From Antechinus flavipes (taxonomy: Eukaryota): a stretch of 64,000 bases of DNA. The DNA lies in contig NC_067400.1 of assembly GCF_016432865.1 (NCBI RefSeq), forward strand, positions 18,724,001 through 18,788,000, given 5' to 3'. The notes under the pieces are model-generated. The model saw nothing but the letters and a program-made list of their open reading frames with translations, made no database searches and had not been told where the DNA came from. Shown piece after piece: positions 61,430-64,000 of this stretch (position 1 is the first letter of the stretch; each line of letters begins with the position of its first letter). The position numbers were made by a program, and so were the translations under genes.

Positions 61430-62290
61430 CCTACTTTTTGTGATGGGGCACAACAGTTCCTGCTTTCAAGGAGTTTACAGTGTATTAGGGGGCTGGACTT
61501 GTACATATAAATGTCTATTTATACACAGGACAAATGTGAGATAAATACAAGGACATTAAATGCAAAGCACTTGGGAGGGAAGCTGATGGTGGGTGGGGGC
61601 AGAATTTGGAAATGTTTGGTGAGCACGAGGTGATTGGACAGAGTCTTGAGGGATGGGAGGAACTCTGTCAGGTAGGGTGAGAAGGGAGGGTGTTCCAAGC
61701 ATAGGGCACCATTAGTGCAAAGGCACAGAGATGGGAAATGAGAGTGTTTTGAGAGAAAGAGGGAAAAAGCCAGTTTCACAGGTTCATCTATGATGAAATT
61801 CCAGGCAACTTCTAAACATTATGCTCCATAATTCCAAGTGTGCACTTTTTGTAGAGAAGCCATGTTTCTGTATCTCCCTAATTGCCACAGAAGCTACTCC
61901 AGTTCTTACCATCCTTCCTCAAGTCTCCCATGGCATTCCCTCAAAGGCTTTCAGCTAAAGACTTCGCTTCCTCCTTCTCCAGAGAAACAGAGGCCATCCC
62001 CTTTCCTCCTGTCTTCCTCTTTTCACAAGACTCCATCTTCCACCAGCTGTTATTCCTTCCTTCTCTCCTTGCCAAGCCCAAACCCTTCCTCATCCACTCC
62101 ATATCCTGTCTTCTTCTTCTACCGTTCCCAATTTCTGCTGCTAATATTCAGCTTCTCCCCACCTTCTGGCTCCTTTCCTGTGGCCTATAAACACACCCAT
62201 GTCGCTCCCATCACCCTCAGAAAACTCACATCTGGATTATCACAATAACCTCTCTTTTTAAAAACCAACGTTCATTGGCAGATTTTCTTT
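61430..62290. mobile_element. Two L2 fragments in opposite orientation (61430-61800 minus; 61820-62290 plus)
   Basis: L2 tail/purine-rich strand, then pyrimidine-rich L2 ORF2 region (ccttctggctcctttcctgtggcctataaacacacccatgtc). Confidence 0.6.
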
Positions 62291-62462
62291 TTGCATTGCC
62301 AAAAATTCTTCCACTGTTTCTTCCCTTCCATCTCTTAGAGAGTCGTTTCATACAATGCTGCGGTAACCGGCTTATGTGTGTGTTATCTCCTTCCATTAGG
62401 TAAGACAGTAATCTAAGTAATGAGGAGGTGAGGCAGTAATGAAATTAAAGGGCAGTACAGAG

Positions 62463-62664
62463 CAATAGTTCTCAAAGGATGCTCTGGAGAATCCTGGGGG
62501 TCTCTGAAACCCTTTCAAAAGGTCTATAATTCCAAGTTACTTTTTATTTCTAATATGACAAATGTTTATAAATATAATCCACATAAACAAAAACTCTTTG
62601 GACAAAGCCTCAGTAATTTTTTAATAGTATAAAGATATTAAGGAGCAAAGTTTGAGAACCACCG
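62463..62664. mobile_element. hAT-Charlie MITE inserted in a MIR (62440-62960)
   Basis: TIRs caatagttctcaaa and tttgagaaccaccg; decayed 8-bp TSD gtacagag / gtgtagtg. Confidence 0.7.
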
Positions 62665-64000
62665 GTGTAGTGGACTAAGGGTAGGTCTGAGAGGCAGAAA
62701 GACATAGGAGACTGGTTCTATTTCGGATACATTTTGGACACATTGAGGTGGAAGTTTGATTTTCACTTAGTGAGAGCTCAGGGCGACTGAGTTTCAATCC
62801 TGCTTTAAATCCTAACTAGCTGTATGACCTGTCTCAGTCTTAGTTTACTTATCTGTAAAATGGAGATAAAAACAATATTTATCTCCCAAACTGTAGTGAG
62901 GATCAAATGAAGTAACAGATGTTAACTTTAAAGTGCTATATCAACACTAGCTATTATATTATTATTATTTATCCTCCCAAACTGGTTTCCTTATTTGTGT
63001 TACTGGTCCATTCCAGTGCTTGCTATTGGATACCATTCACCATGGACAGAGGAGACAGGGAGTGAGTTCACCAGGTAATATTCAGGTAGGCAGGTCTAGG
63101 TTGCACCTAACATTGGACTTCATCCCCATTTACTTCTCTAAAACCAGGACTTGCTGTGGATTCGGAGGAAGCACAAGCCATGATAGCTAGACCAACAGAG
63201 ACCTTCCATATACAATAATAAAGACCCAAAGAGAAAGAATCAAGTTCAAGAGCATCATGGGGCTGCCCTCCTCACCACATTTTCTACTGTGTCTTTCCAC
63301 TCCCTACTCTTGGACACTCCCATTGGCCACCAAACACTGAGGAAACCAGTGCTGGAGGTGGCCACCTTGGTATCAGGGGCAGAGGACACTTCATGAAATA
63401 TTTGAAAAGAGTATTACACTAAATGAATGAAGAATAGCATTGTTATGATCCTCAAAAGGTGACCTAGAGGACAGAGAAAAAGCTTATTTTTTCATTTTTT
63501 ATAAAATATTCATGAGAATCACCTGCGGGTTTATTTTGGAGATCCTGAACAAAACTTTTGAGTAGAAAACAGGCCTTTGTAAAGAATTTTCTGTAGCCGC
63601 TCCTATTTACACAATTAGCCGGAGGATGCGGATACCACAGAATCCCTCTGTCTGTTGTGGGGTTTTTTAGGTAACTAAAAAGGATTTGACTTGGGACTTC
63701 AGGACGCTGCTCTGGAGGATCCTCTAGTATAGATGACAAGATCATGACAAATGTGACCGCAGAGATAACTTGGTTCAGCAGCCCCCCTAATCGATTCACA
63801 TCATGAGCCGTTGCGATGGATGCTCAGCGAGGGAGTTCCCCACCGGGGTGCCCTGCTGGGTCCATATGGAGGAGGGATTCCGGATGATCTGGGTTTTAGT
63901 TAATTTAGCACTGACAGCATCTGATCCCACCCTGGAGTGCGGGAGATGGAGTCATGGAGCTGAGGGCATCAAGTTAGAGATTCAGCTCCCCCTCAGGTTC

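Noticed and set aside
13708-61544. ORFs containing X runs
   Set aside because: Artefacts of translation through the N gaps
1-64000. Exons of the expected neighbours KPNA4 and PPM1L
   Set aside because: No matching peptide was seen in the ORF track or by eye; both presumably lie outside the window, so synteny is unconfirmed

Overview
Mammalian, almost certainly marsupial, genomic DNA. The young CORE-SINEs and L1 3' UTRs look dasyuromorph-like (inference). It is draft-assembly sequence with five N gaps. One protein-coding gene is supported: ARL14 (23385-23963, minus strand, single coding exon, 192 aa), with a TATA/HNF4/CDX-type proximal promoter. Most of the rest is layered transposon debris: L1, L2, L3/CR1, MIR/Mar1/WSINE-type SINEs, three putative solo LTRs, and hAT-Charlie and Tigger remnants, several with readable target-site duplications. 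The most unusual element is a CpG island at about 56.2-58.4 kb that has no recognisable gene. It starts in a SINE that carries extra CpGs and contains a 39-unit minisatellite of three interleaved 32/34/36-bp variants. Each unit can form a stem-loop, and 20 units carry TCAAGGACA. A well-formed non-coding exon candidate follows at 59688-60004. This layout suggests a repeat-rich regulatory lncRNA, a differentially methylated region or a VNTR enhancer, but that is unverified. Other leads are distal promoter/exon candidates that could splice into ARL14, unusual Phe substitutions in the ARL14 P-loop and switch II, and a repeatedly reused L1 insertion site. Repeat-family names and human ARL14 comparisons are from memory, not from database searches.
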